Below are positions 40,330-53,398 of a DNA stretch of 64,000 nucleotides, in pieces. Below the pieces are notes generated by a model that was given only the letters and a program-made list of their open reading frames with translations, made no database searches and had not been told where the DNA came from. The position numbers and the translations under genes were made by a program. Origin of the DNA: Octopus vulgaris (taxonomy: Eukaryota); contig OX597819.1 of the NCBI GenBank assembly GCA_951406725.2, forward strand, positions 6,138,001-6,202,000, written 5' to 3'. Position 1 is the stretch's first letter; every line of letters begins with the position of its first letter.

Positions 40330-41940
40330 CCTACAATAATTACATGTCACTGAGAAGTAAGACGGAGAAGCTGGAAGTTTTGTAGATGGCTTACTTACGG
40401 CTCTGTCACATTTAAGATGTTGGAAGTGACAGCAACAAGTAGTTAGAATATAGCTTTATACAAATCTAGTGTTTCTGGGTTTGGGGATCACTGTTTATGA
40501 TTTTCTGACTGAAATGGATAATTCCAGGATAGAATGAAATATCCAACAGTGTTGGTAAAGAGGGCAGACGACTTTGAATTGCACGGCTAAATTTAATGGA
40601 GGGAGCTGATAGACATAAATTGTATAGAGGAGATTATTGTGGAGGTAAATGCAATGCATTTATTTGTGATGAAGTGAGAACAGTTGGAAATTAATTTCAT
40701 TTCAGAGATTTGTGTTGAGTTGGAAGCGACCTTTTCATAAATGTAAAAGATTATCGTAGCTGGGTTGACTGAAGAGTGGTAGGTTGAAAGAAAACTTACA
40801 GACACACTTTTAAGAAGAAAACATAATGCGCTCCTAAAAGTTATGAAACTAGAATGCTTTCATGTAGTGCGATGCTCCATGAAATCCTTGATTTTCCTCA
40901 CAATCATCTAGCGGACGTTGAGGTGCGTCTGCAATACATCTAGGTACGTAAAGCAGATGGTTTTAGGCACATATGCTTTGGTCGTATTAGTGATATGAAA
41001 AATCATAGAGGATGATGGCAGTGGTCACATATTAACTGCGTTGTGGAAATCAGGATTAGATGTGAAGGATAGACTGGAGCTAAGGATAGTCAGAAATTTA
41101 ACCACTAATGTAAATTGAAGTACGAGAGGATTTCGCTGCTTAACTTTGGATAATGTGAGATATACTGCTTTGATTATATCGTGGTCAGATGATTTGATGG
41201 CTTCTGAGACAGTGCTGAATGTGAAGGAGAGGAAACGTTGAAGAAAGTTTAGATAAAAGAATAGGTTAGCATACTAACTGGTGTAGTCTGTGTTAGTGTG
41301 GGTACAGTGTGAGAACGATGATTAATTGTGTGCATTAAAACAAGCAGTAAATAGATTATTTAGTGCAGTATATCAACATTGTAGAACATCTCTTCAAGAA
41401 AGAGGAAAATTAAGGGACTTTTCGTGTCTGGAGAAGGATAGATATACTCGTCAGATAAAATCCCTCTGAAACATAATTGCAGCAACATTATTGACCGAAA
41501 AAGGTTCGCGTACATCAGTAGAAGATGAGTGTTTATGCAAGCAAGATAATGTTAAAATAATACAGTAGCCTTTATACAAGCGACACCATTTATAAAATTG
41601 ACATCAAATTGCTGTGACGAGAAAATATTGTCTTGCGCTTAGTCTCAAGCAGTTTATTCTCTCAAAGCATAGTCATTTAATCTTCGCATGGATAAGTTTT
41701 GTTTAATTGGTAAAGAATTAGATAGCAATCACCGACATCAAATCTGAAGCAACTTTCCTTCAAGTTAGGCCAGTGCTATTGGTAATAGTGGTACAATGAA
41801 GAACCTGTAATTTGTCATTGGCACGGAAAGTGGCAATATCTTCACTATGCAAAGCCAATCTTCCATGCACCATGTTTTAAGGACAGAAGCCAGAAAATAA
41901 GGTACCATAACAAACTCTACAACCATTCTGGTCTTAACTT
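40330..41940 (-). mobile_element. highly decayed LINE (CR1/L2-group) APE-to-RT remnant
   Basis: minus-strand remnants TVIPKPRN and LKSVSVSFLSTY; weak APE-like HGRLA/LQV segments; heavily mutated. Confidence 0.4.
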
Positions 41941-43549
41941 GGCTCTAGTAGAAGTAAAAAAAAATTATAAGTTAAAGTTTAAAGTTACGTACCACATGGT
42001 AGTTAAATTGTGTATACTGCAGTCCAATATCGCTTTGAAACTGAGACTATGTTTGTTACTCCCTAGACTCGAAATCAAAAGTCTCTCTGACTGTTGAACC
42101 AATCACTCCTCATATCTCAGGATTAACACTGAAATATGGTATAACGATAGTGATAAACATGTGATTTTATTTACATAATTAATTCAATTAATGTATAGTA
42201 TATTTTATATCTTTGTAAATAATCCTAATTAAATAGGTAGTGCTGGAAATGTAATGCAAAATATTATATTATATATTGTATTTCATATTAGAACATCAAT
42301 CAGCTCAATCGTAATCACTAAAACAGTTGTGCTATTACAAACAATTATATTGTTGATTATCTTTTATTTTCTATTAAGCAGTGGCTTTAATACTTGGGAA
42401 TTTTAAATTCCAATTTTGGTATCAATATGATGTGTATGAATATATGACGTCTAATTTAATTTTATCAATGTTTTAGTTATTTGGATATTAAATTTACAGC
42501 CTTATTGATTTGTTTTTGATAAGACTTATTAACAATTGTAGTTTTAATACGATATGTCCCAAAAGATATGCCTTACAAACAATATTTCCAATTTGTCAAT
42601 CACAACTTCAAGGATGGATCCAAAACGTTTGAAGAATGAAATACTTGCTTTAAATATTTCGATTTAAACTTCGAAGATTAGGTATCGAAGAGACAAATGA
42701 TGGATTAGAAATAATTGAAAAGGGTTTTAAGTGGAAAATAAATTTTGAAATAACTGTTAAAATGTTTTCCTAAAGATGATCTAAAGAAGATCTATGAAAT
42801 ATGTGAAGTGGATTTCGAAGAATGCATAATAGTGCAAACATGTTCCCTAGAGTAGAGACCAGTGTAATATCTTTAGTGTCAGCGAGTTCTATGTATTACA
42901 GTTCATTGTAGTATTAAAATAAGAGATGAAGAGAGAACAACTTTGTAGTAGATTAATGTTTATGTTCCTTTGTGCGTATATCTAAAATGTGTCAGCAGCA
43001 AAAAGGGTATTAACAGTGCATAAAAGATTAGAAGCCATGTAAACAGAAGCAGAAGAATTTTGTTGATCTGAAAAGAAAATCTCTTCTTTTTTCGCTAATA
43101 TGTTGGATGAAGGTACTTCACGATAAGATTTGTTGGACTTTACTATAATATAAATACTATAAGCAACAACAAAAAAATAAACAAAACAAAACTAGGCACT
43201 ACATTTTACAAATGGCTTTACACATGCTAAAACTATCTCTCTTACAAACTCTGTTTTGTGGGTATGGATTTAATTGTCTTTGTGTGTGTATTTGTGGATG
43301 TGTGTATACTTTGTGTTTGTACATAGATCAGTATATATGTATGTGTTTCAGTCTATATTTGTAAGTACAATCGGTGTTAACAGATGTTGGAAATCTCTTG
43401 CAGAGCTAAATCTCTTTCCCTATATTCAGTCTAAATTGAACCATATTCGATCACTAACGCATGTGATTAGAATCTAACAATAGTAAAGGATATGTTACTT
43501 CTATCTAAATCACTTGAAGGTAATCTAATAGAGGTTACGAGGTATTAAG

Positions 43550-43594
43550 ATAGAGAGACAGATAAATTGATAGATAGATAGAGATACAGATAGG

Positions 43595-43684
<90 letters not shown>

Positions 43685-43749
43685 TCTGGGATTACATTGC
43701 CTGCTGGCCCCGTGTACTTCAGCTGTAGTTTGTTTGTGGGCTGATAGAT

Positions 43750-43780
<31 letters not shown>

Positions 43781-43804
43781 TAGATAGGTAGAAGACAGAC
43801 AGAC

Positions 43805-43898
<94 letters not shown>

Positions 43899-43900
43899 GA
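43550..43900. repeat. (GATA)n/(GA)n compound tract containing a ~60-bp LINE-derived insert (43682-43743)
   Basis: direct reading; insert matches 47115-47172. Confidence 0.9.
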
Positions 43901-44605
43901 GAGATACAGCGGGAGAGAAAGATATGTAAATATTGAAAGAATATACGTCAGAGGAACAATAGAGAACATTGAAGGATGACCACAAAATACATACAGAGAT
44001 ACATACGCGCACATACATGCAAGATTTATAAGTATTCAAATTTTCCTTTGTGTGGCGTGTTAGACCCATTCTTCGAATTTGTTTAATTCACATAGACATA
44101 TTTATTAAATCATTGTGCACTCTCAGTGATTGAATATCTCACTTAGATGAATTAAATCTGTACTGCATAGGTTTATGTGCGTCTATCTCTTACATAGTTT
44201 CTAGCATGGATCTAAATGCTGCAAATTAAATTCACAATGGTAGTTATTATTTTCGCTCATACACAAAATGGTCGCTCACTTGTTTTTAACATTTCTGGTT
44301 GATTATATGCAAACCAGACATAATGACATCATTTGCTATATATTGTGTGATTAAACGAGTAATTGTCTTACGATTAACCACTACTGCCAAAATGAACAAT
44401 CACTGAATTATCTATATGCCCTGCAAAGTAACTTGTAGTTAATATTTTATATATATTTTTTTTTACGCGGAATATTTAAGGTTCAGAGGCTGAATATTGC
44501 GATTAGATTAACGGAAATTGCACCGCCTAAATTCATGTGCAGGTGTGTAGTGTTCTACGATGTACACACACGCACACACACACACACTGATAGGCACATA
44601 AACAC

Positions 44606-44675
<70 letters not shown>

Positions 44676-44680
<5 letters not shown>

Positions 44681-45127
44681 CGCTCAGTAGAAGTCGACTC
44701 TTGATTACTCGATGGATCAGTGTCCTCCAGCCAGTTTTATCCTGGGCCGCTTCTTTCATTCCCGTATCACTCTTGATGGTGTCAAGCCAGCGGGTTCTTG
44801 GTCGGCCTCTATCTCTCTTGCCACTGACCATTCCGAGCATGATGTCCTTCTCCAGGGATTTTCTCCGCATAAAATGACCAAAATATGTCAATCTATGCTT
44901 GGTGATCCTAGCTTCTAGCGACAATTTCGGCCTGATCTGCTCCATTAGTGAGCCTCGCTGTCCATAGAATCCGTAAAAGTCTTCTCCAACACCAAAGCTC
45001 GAATGCTTTAATTCTCTTCTGGTCAGCTTTCTTTAGTGTCTAGGTCTCGCATCCATATGTTGCTATTGGGAAGACAATTACATTCACCAACCTGCATTTG
45101 GTAGTCTCTACTCTTCCAAATCTTGGA
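44676..45127 (-). mobile_element. 3' end of a BovB-like RTE LINE followed by a (GATA)n tract (44607-44678)
   Basis: VFPIATYGCET, AFELWCWRRLLRI, LTYFGHFMRRKSLEKDIMLGMVSGKRDRGRPRTRWLD. Confidence 0.9.
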
Positions 45128-45596
45128 TATATATACCGTACATGTATATTGACATATACATACTGAGATAGAAATAAATACATACAGACGCATTGATAAG
45201 AAGAAATTGCTGCTACTTAAAATTATAAATATACAATAAGATTCCTAAACAGAAAAAACATATAGCTATTTACCTCTATCGTACTTTGTTGCTTGTCCGT
45301 TAACCTATACATTTCTGAATTCCTGGCAAGATTAAATTAGGAAACAGTTACCCGATTGACTCCTAATAATTACTTTTTGAATTTATTTATATTCAGCTTG
45401 CAATTGTTATTGACGAAAGGTATCTGCATATATGCTTTCATTTTCAGATATCAATTCCTATCAGTTTAAAAAGTTGTAGCTATTTAAGAAATCAATAAAC
45501 ATTCACTCGACATTGCTTCCTCAAGAAACAAACTGAAAATTCGATTCCTCGACGCAGTGAAGCGGTAGTCGCATGCGAGCCTGGATACACAAATCC

Positions 45597-45667
<71 letters not shown>

Positions 45668-45674
<7 letters not shown>

Positions 45675-46188
45675 GTTGTTGTGACCCCCTTTGATCATGA
45701 ATGACCATGGGATTGCACCTAGAAAGAATCTTCTGAGGCACAAGTCCGCGCAAGGTTGTTTCTGGAAGACCAGCAGTCGCCCATGCATAACACCCTCCCC
45801 TCTCCACGCCACTGATGTTATCCAAGGGAAAGACAAAGGCCGATATAGATTGCCACCAGTGACATCGCAGCTCATTTATTAACGTGCAAGTGGCTGAGAA
45901 CTCCACAGACACGTGTACTCTTAACGTAGTTCTCGAGGAAATTCAGCGTGACACAGAGTGTGACAAGGCTGAGCCTTTGAAATACAGGTACAACAGAATT
46001 AGGAAGAAAAAGGTGAGAGAAAGTTGTGGTGAAAGAGTATAGCAGGGTTCACCACCATCCCCTGCCGGTGCCTCGTAGAGCTTTAGGTGTTTTCGCTCAA
46101 TAAACCATCACAATGCCCGGTGCAGGAATCGTAACCGCGATCTAACGACCTCGAGTCCGTTGCCCGAACCATAATTGCCTGGGCCATT
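45668..46188 (-). mobile_element. chimeric SINE: family A 5' part fused to a foreign ~210-bp tail ending (ACA)n
   Basis: family A sequence 46188-45878, then an unrelated tail 45877-45668. Confidence 0.8.
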
Positions 46189-46192
46189 ATAC

Positions 46193-46291
<99 letters not shown>

Positions 46292-46302
46292 GTGTATAGA
46301 GT

Positions 46303-46381
46303 CATAGAGTCAAGCACACTCACCAACTACACCGATGATACAAAAATATCGCAGTCGGTCAAGGATCCCACTAACATCCTA
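46303..46381 (+). repeat. 79-bp inverted copy of LINE segment 47263-47341
   Basis: one mismatch; flanked by duplicated TACATGTGTATA. Confidence 0.9.
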
Positions 46382-47443
46382 CATGTGTATATATACATAT
46401 ATACATGCATATACATAAATGCACACATACGCACATACATATTTATATGGGTTTCAGCCAGATGCTGATACCATGCTGGTGCACCGCCTTTATTGCATCC
46501 GGGCATTTTCCAGAACTGCTTCTGGTGAAGTAGCGTGTTGAGCGTTGCCGCACTTCTTTATTGCAGACAAAAAACTGGCTAGACGTTTTTCAAAGACTTG
46601 TATGTCTACACCTTACAAATCCCTGATGTTCTGTGGTAGAGCATTAAAAAGTTGTGGTTTCTTGAATTCCGAGCTATTGCAATATTTTGTTCGTATCCTC
46701 TATGGAGAAGATGGGAACTTTGGTTCTGTGCAATACCGTCCAGTTCGATTCGGAAATTTGGTGCTAGACACTCCAATATTTTCCATATGTAAAGCACTAT
46801 CCAGGAGATTGAGTCCCACTTCCTTCAACCTCTCCCAGTTGCCCATGTGTTTTTCTGATTTATCTTTCTTGTGTATTGGCGCTGGATCGCCTTTAGTTCC
46901 GCAATTAATTGTATACTCTGTGGGGACCACAGTTGGGAGTAGTAGTCCAGGCGTCTGAATACAAATGTTCTCCGAAGCAGAGGCATTGTGTCTCTGTGAC
47001 TGGTCTTGAAGGATCCAACTTGCCATCCGCCTGCATTGTGTTGCCATCTGAGCAATGTGCGCATGGAAAGATGCGTCGTTGCTCATGTGGATTCCCAGGT
47101 CACGCACCGACACTAACTCTGGGATTATATTGCCTGCTGGTCCCGTGTACTTCAGCTGTATCTTGTGGGCTGTTAGCGGACTGCTTGAAATTTTGCGCCA
47201 TTGAACTATATATTATACACATCAGCTCATTTATATGTTGCGTTCAGCTCATTCCGCAGTCTTAGGATGTTAGTGGGATCCTTGACCGACTGCGATATTT
47301 TTGTATCATCGGCGTAGTTGGTGAGTGTGCTTGACTCTATGGCTGAGGGCGTGTCCGAGAGAGCAAGCACAAACAGTAGTGGTCCCAGCACTGTTCGCTG
47401 GGAGATTCCGCTGACGCTTGGTGTCACTTCAGAGAGAGAAAGT

Positions 47444-47479
<36 letters not shown>

Positions 47480-48763
47480 ACTATTTTCAGTGACAGCCTG
47501 ACTTCTATTCTTCAGGAAATCACGTAGCTACTATCCCAGTCTACCAGCGATACCAGGGTCACGTAATTTGTGACATATTCCGTGATCGACAGTGACAAAG
47601 GCCTTGGCAAAGTCGAGATATATCACATCCACATGTGAATGGTTGAGCTGCTATTTTAGTACCCAGTCGAAGTGCTATAGTAGCTGTGTTAGGCATCTCA
47701 TTACAGGGCGGAAACCACGTTGCGTGTCTGTAAGCAGTTCAGTCTTTTTATGACAATGAGTTCCATGATCTTGCTGACATGCGGAGTCTGAGCGAAAGGC
47801 CTGTAGTTTATAGCATCTGCTCTTCTTCCTCCTTTGTGAACAGGGCAGATTATTCCTTCTTTTAACATTTGAGGAAATGTACCGCATTCAAGGGAACTCT
47901 AGAAAACCGCTTGCAATGGTTTTGAAAGAGCTTTCCTGCATATTTTATACAGAATTGCTGGGAGTCCATCGGGGCCTGCTGCAAAGTTTAGGTTTATATC
48001 TTCAATGGTCGACAATACACACTCTTCTGTAATGCCAATATAATTGACGGTCACCTTTTTCTCTTGAAGATTAGAGGTGTTGAAGAACTCACCAGGTCTG
48101 CTTATTTTCATATTTTCTAGCGGGGAGAGGAAAGCACTTTTGAATTTCATGTCAGTGCCTTGCATAGACAGATTATTGTAGACAGACTTGTAGAAGTTCA
48201 GGTTGGCTAGCGCTTGGGATCCAACAGTGTTGTATGATTCTTTAATTAGTTTTGGACCACATATTGACAGTTCTATCATATTACGGTCTGAGTCGGGAGA
48301 CGGTGATATGTTTATGTTGTGGTTCCATATTGTTTGCGAAGCAAAGATCCAGGATGTTGTTATTTCTGGCTGGGGAAAGTATGGACTACTCCATGAACAT
48401 CCTTTTCGTGAGGTCTACTAGTGCTTGATTACATTCTTTTCGTGTCAGTCCTGAGGCTATGACACCTTCAGCCCATTTTAATGTTGGGAAGTAGAAGTCA
48501 CCAACCAGAAGTACATTAAGGCATTGGTCTAGGTTTGTGAGTACATCTTTTATCTTTGTGAAACATTCCTCAAACTTGCTATCGTAGTTTGAGGCATCAG
48601 GTGGTCGGTATAATGTGCATATTATCACGTCAAGTTGCTGTACATGTACTACGAGTGTCGCAAACCGCATCTTCACGGATGTACATCACAACGCCATCCT
48701 GACAGCTCTCTTTATTCTTTGTGCGGAACACAGTATACATTTGTATGTGTATCTCTTCATCAT

Positions 48764-49127
48764 ATAGGAGCACTCCGTCGGTTACGACGATGAGGGTCCC
48801 AGCTGATACGATCAACGGAACAGCTTGCTCGTGGAATTAACGTGCACGTGGCTGAGCATTCCACAGACAAGTGTACCCTTAACGTAGTTCTCGAGGAGAT
48901 TCAGCGTGACACTTTGAAATACAGGTACAACAGAAACAGGAAGAAAGAGTGAGAGAAAGTTGTGGTGAAAGAGTACAGCAGGGTTCACCACCACACCCTG
49001 CCGGAGTCTTGTGAAGCTTTAGGTGTTTTCGCTCAATAAATACCCACAATGCCCGGTCTGGGAATCGAAACCGCGATCCTACGACCGGGAGTCTGCTGCC
49101 CTAACCACTGGGCTACTGCGCCTCCAC
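48764..49127 (-). mobile_element. SINE family A nested in the LINE APE region
   Basis: TSD TATCTCT(T/C)CATCAT at 48750-48763 and 49128-49141. Confidence 0.9.
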
Positions 49128-49523
49128 TATCTCTCCATCATGTATGTCTGCAGACAGTCTCCGTGAGAGCAATGCATATAGGTTGATTGCATGCAGACAG
49201 TTCTCCCAAGTATGCAATTTTGGTCTTGCTGTTGTTTGGCAAATGGCCTTTGATGTTCATCAGTAGAATTGGTGTGACGGACAGCTCGGCGGCAGTGGTG
49301 GCCGTCCTTGGTCCATTACTTGTGGTGGTTTTGTGTATGGGAGTACATGACTTAATTTCGTTAGTAGCCATGACAACTGCTGCGTTAACGTTTGTGCAAT
49401 ACTTAAAAAAATGTTGCTGCCTGGCTGCTGCAGCTCGCACCGCATCTGCGCATGTCTTGTTGGCAGTCCTTTTTTTGATATGTACAGGGGTGAGGACTTT
49501 CCTGGACGTGATTGCCTTATTAT

Positions 49524-49904
49524 GGAAGCACTCCGTCGGTTACGACGACGAGGGTTCCGGTTGATCCGATCAACGGAACAGCCTGCTCGTGAAATTAACG
49601 TGTAAGTGGCTGAGCACTCCACAGACACGTGTACCCTTAACGTAGTTCTCGGGGATATTCAGCGTGACACAGAGAGTGACAAGGCCGGCCCTTTGAAATA
49701 CAGGTACAGCAGAAACAGGAAGTAAGAGTGAGAGAAAGTTGTGGTGAAAGAGTACAGCAGGGATCACCACCATCCCCTACCGGAGCCTCGTGGAGCTTTA
49801 GGTGTTTTCGCTCAATAAACACTCACAACGCCCGGTCTGGGAATCGAAACCGCGATCCTACGACCGCGAGTTCGCTGCTCTAACCACTGGTCCATTGCGC
49901 CTCC
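49524..49904 (-). mobile_element. SINE family A nested in the LINE ORF1 region
   Basis: perfect TSD TGCCTTATTAT at 49513-49523 and 49905-49915. Confidence 0.92.
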
Positions 49905-50107
49905 TGCCTTATTATACTGATTGCCGGGTGGAGAGTGGTAACTGCTGTGCATTCTATGTTGCCTAATCTTTGGATGTACAAAGTTGCAGTGTGTCCCCTT
50001 CTCTCCATGCCAGTAGACTCCTTTTATGTAGAATTTGCCGGTTGCGTTTATGGGTTTAGCATTAGTTTCGAACCCTGCTGCATATATATCTGTTTTTACC
50101 CTTCTAA

Positions 50108-50339
50108 TTGTTTCAGTCGAAGAAATCGACCCCAGAACTTTTACTTGTTTTAGTCGAAGGAATCGACCCCGCCTTTGTAACATTAGTACTTTGTAACCTT
50201 AGTACTTAATCTATCGGTGTCTTTTGCCGAACCGCAAAGTGAAAGGGAATAAACACACCAGTATCGGTTGTCAAGCGATGGTGGGAAGGCAAACACAGAC
50301 ACAAATATACACACAAGTAAATACTTAAATACACACACG

Positions 50340-50371
<32 letters not shown>

Positions 50372-50411
50372 CACCACACCACACATACACACCGCACCAC
50401 ACACACACACA
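50108..50411 (-). mobile_element. partial SINE family B (3' half, internal duplication)
   Basis: family B body; AGTCGAAG.AATCGACCCC appears twice. Confidence 0.75.
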
Positions 50412-50429
50412 TGTTAGGGAACAAAATAC

Positions 50430-50896
50430 AAAGGTCAGATTTATGCGATGATTTTACTTCCTAAGTAAGGCATAGATCAATTTGTATGATCAAGCCACAT
50501 ATAGACTGAGAATGCTCTATAAATAGATAGAGATGGTCCAATTTTGCTCCACGACAATGCACGTCCTCACACTCCTCAAGCTACGGTCCAAACGTTACAA
50601 AGCCTAAATTACGATATTTTGCAACGTCCTAGCTATTCACTTATTTAATCATTTTAAACTTTTCATAAGCAATAAAGCATTCTTAAATAGAAAATAGGTA
50701 ATCGAAGCTATCCGACAGTTTACCACAACAAAAGATGAATTTTCTTTTAAAGATGTAATCTATGACTTAGAGAAACGTTGGGTAAACGTCCTAAATGAAC
50801 ATGGATCATAATTTGATTAAATAAATCAGTTCTCTAACACTTCTGAATTATTTTATTGTTACCTTTCTAACACATTTCATATGAAACAACCTAATA
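50430..50896 (+). mobile_element. mariner transposon remnant (transposase C-terminus and right TIR)
   Basis: PILLHDNARPHT...LNYDILQRPSYS, LEKRWVNVLNEHGS*FD*; ends CAACCTAATA (mariner-type TIR end plus TA). Confidence 0.85.
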
Positions 50897-50910
50897 CACT
50901 CACACACACA

Positions 50911-50963
<53 letters not shown>

Positions 50964-51029
50964 ACACACACACACACTCACTCACACACACACACACATA
51001 TATATATATACATATATATACAGCTTGAT

Positions 51030-51375
51030 AGTAGGCGTGGGAATGTTGGTCGACCATAGCTCAGATATATGGACAAGCTGAGAGAGTGACCTCTCAGCAG
51101 TCAATATAGCTAACAGGGAAGCCGTCGTGTCAAAATGGTTTAAGAGATTGCGTTTTAGTCAGTATTAACTCCTCGGAGATGCAACGCACAGGGGAAAAGC
51201 GGCTGCAAAGATACCGCCTGCACTAACCTGTAATCCTCATACTTGCAACATCTGCGAGGGATTCTATGCACATCGTTGATGGGACTTATATGTCACGTGT
51301 GACTTAAGCATTATGACCGACAAAGAACATGTAGGCTGCCAGATCCACATACATCGAAACCGACGGGAGTGTCTA
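51030..51375 (+). mobile_element. decayed RTE LINE 3' end
   Basis: NVGRP*LRYMDKL, TCNICEGFYAHR (C2H2-like), terminal CATCGAAACCGACGGGAGTG followed by (GATA)n. Confidence 0.6.
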
Positions 51376-51419
51376 TGTATATATAAAGAGATAGATAAAT
51401 AGACAGACAGACAGACAGT

Positions 51420-51495
<76 letters not shown>

Positions 51496-51859
51496 GAGAT
51501 TGATAAATAGATTATCCTCCCGAGGCACGAGTTTGTGTCTTCAATAGTTGCTGCTGGTTCAGTGTACCCTACAATAATATACTCAAAGCTATTATGAGCA
51601 ATATGTTTTTCCTAACCATTTTTCCCTTTCAAATACTATAAAACCGTTTCCGTACGATAGACCTTCTACGACAGTTATACTGAAAACGTTCACCAATTTT
51701 AGAGATAACCCAACTGAAATAATCCAAAGATAACCTTGTTAGCTTTTGCCTTCTCTCTACTTTTGAAACGAATGTAATTTATGAGTCGGCGAGAGAACTT
51801 CTACGCCGTTGATCGACATGCTAAAAATAAAATACATGTGTCCCTTGAAATACACTATA

Positions 51860-52247
51860 GGAGCATTCCGTCGGTTACGACGATGAGGGTCCCAGCTGAT
51901 CCGAATCAACGGAACAGCCTGCTCGTGAAATTAACGTGTAAGTGGCTGAGCATTCCACAAACCACGTGTACTCTTATCGTAGTTCTCGGGGAGATTCAGC
52001 GTGACACAAAGTGTGACAAGGCTGGCCCATTGAAATACAGGTACAGAAATACAGAAACAGGAAGTAAGAGTGAGAGAAAGTTGTGGTGAAAGAGTACAGC
52101 AGGGTTCACCACCACCATCTGCAGGAGCCTTGTGAAGATTAAGGTGTTTTCGCTCAATAAACACTCACAATGCCCGGTCTGGGAATCGAAACCGCGATCC
52201 TACGACCGCGAGCCCGCTACCCTAACTACTGGGCCATTGCGCATCCA
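51860..52247 (-). mobile_element. SINE family A
   Basis: TSD CCCTTG(A/C)AATACACT(A/G)TA at 51842-51859 and 52248-52265. Confidence 0.9.
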
Positions 52248-52982
52248 CCCTTGCAATACACTGTACTATTATAAGAAAGGATACAGTAAACAGAATAATC
52301 TTAAAGACTGGATGAACGCCTTTAATCGTGGATCAGCCTCGAGGGACCTAAACAATAACTGCATCAATTTAAAATACAATGCTTTCTAAAGTAAAATGTT
52401 ATATTGTATCATTTTGATATACAATACAATGAATCGCGAGATGTAATGTTACGCTAGAACATTTCTATTCAAAATAAACTTCATACCAATGGAGATTGTA
52501 CTATAATTTCACTGTTTGTATTTATTTAAAAAAGAATAAATTTTAAATGAATGTTGATTAAACAATCTGAATTGTTTCACATTCGTATTCAATGAAACGA
52601 TGACAAATTAAATACTAGAGTGAAGAATTATTGTTGTATGCATAATAAGTCTTACAAAGTGAAAACGAAAAACTGTTAAAAACCCCGGCATATGTAAATA
52701 TATTCATTCCAGTTGCTGAATATGCATTCGCCTGAGAAAGCACTCAGTGGAACTGACAGGAGCACTATAATATAACCATTACGTACATAGCCTCCCCACC
52801 ACACACTGAAATATATATTTTCTATCTACCTCTTCAAATAAGAAAGAGTTTTGCAATTTACAAGATTAAAAGTCTAACTTATTCATTAGTGCAATGGTGG
52901 TCATGTTTTAACCCCGTTATTGAACATCATTGACTGGTATAAAAATTAACGGTATGCTATTACATTATTTCCTGGTATTCCA

Positions 52983-53398
52983 TTTTACTCTTTACTCTTT
53001 TACTCTTTTACTTGTTTCAGTCATTTGACTGCGGCCATGCTTGAGCACCGTCTTTAGTCGAGCAAATCGACCCCGGGACTTATTCTTTGTAAGCCCAGTA
53101 CTTATTCTATCGGTTCTTTTGCCGAACCGCTAAGTGACGGGGACGTAAACACACCAGCATCGGTTGTCAAGCAGTGCTAGGGGGACAAACACAGACACAC
53201 AAACATATACACACACACGCATATATATATACATATATACGAAAGGCTTCTTTCAGTTTCCGTCTAGCAAATCCACTCACAAGGCATTGGTCGGCCCGGG
53301 GCTATAGCAGAAGACACTTGCCCAAGATGCCACGCAGTGGGACTGAACCCGGAACCATGTGGTTGGTAAGCAAGCTACTTACCGCACAACCACTCCTG
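52983..53398 (-). mobile_element. SINE family B
   Basis: near full-length reverse copy. Confidence 0.9.

Larger units (their letters stand above)
46451..50105 (-). mobile_element. decayed CR1-group LINE with two nested SINE A copies and a (GA)n insertion
   Basis: ORF1 KFYIKG..HGEKGTHCNFVHPK; APE LLMNIKG..IALTET, LYRPP, LVGDFYFP; RT AAGPDG, QRGFRP, GISQRTVLGPLLF, YADDTK, VRDLG, RLDYYSQLWSP, YIWKILE. Confidence 0.9.

Noticed and set aside
42590-43130. Purine-rich block with an INVYVP-like stretch, possibly an old LINE remnant
   Set aside because: Too many stops and no second supporting motif, so it cannot be assigned.
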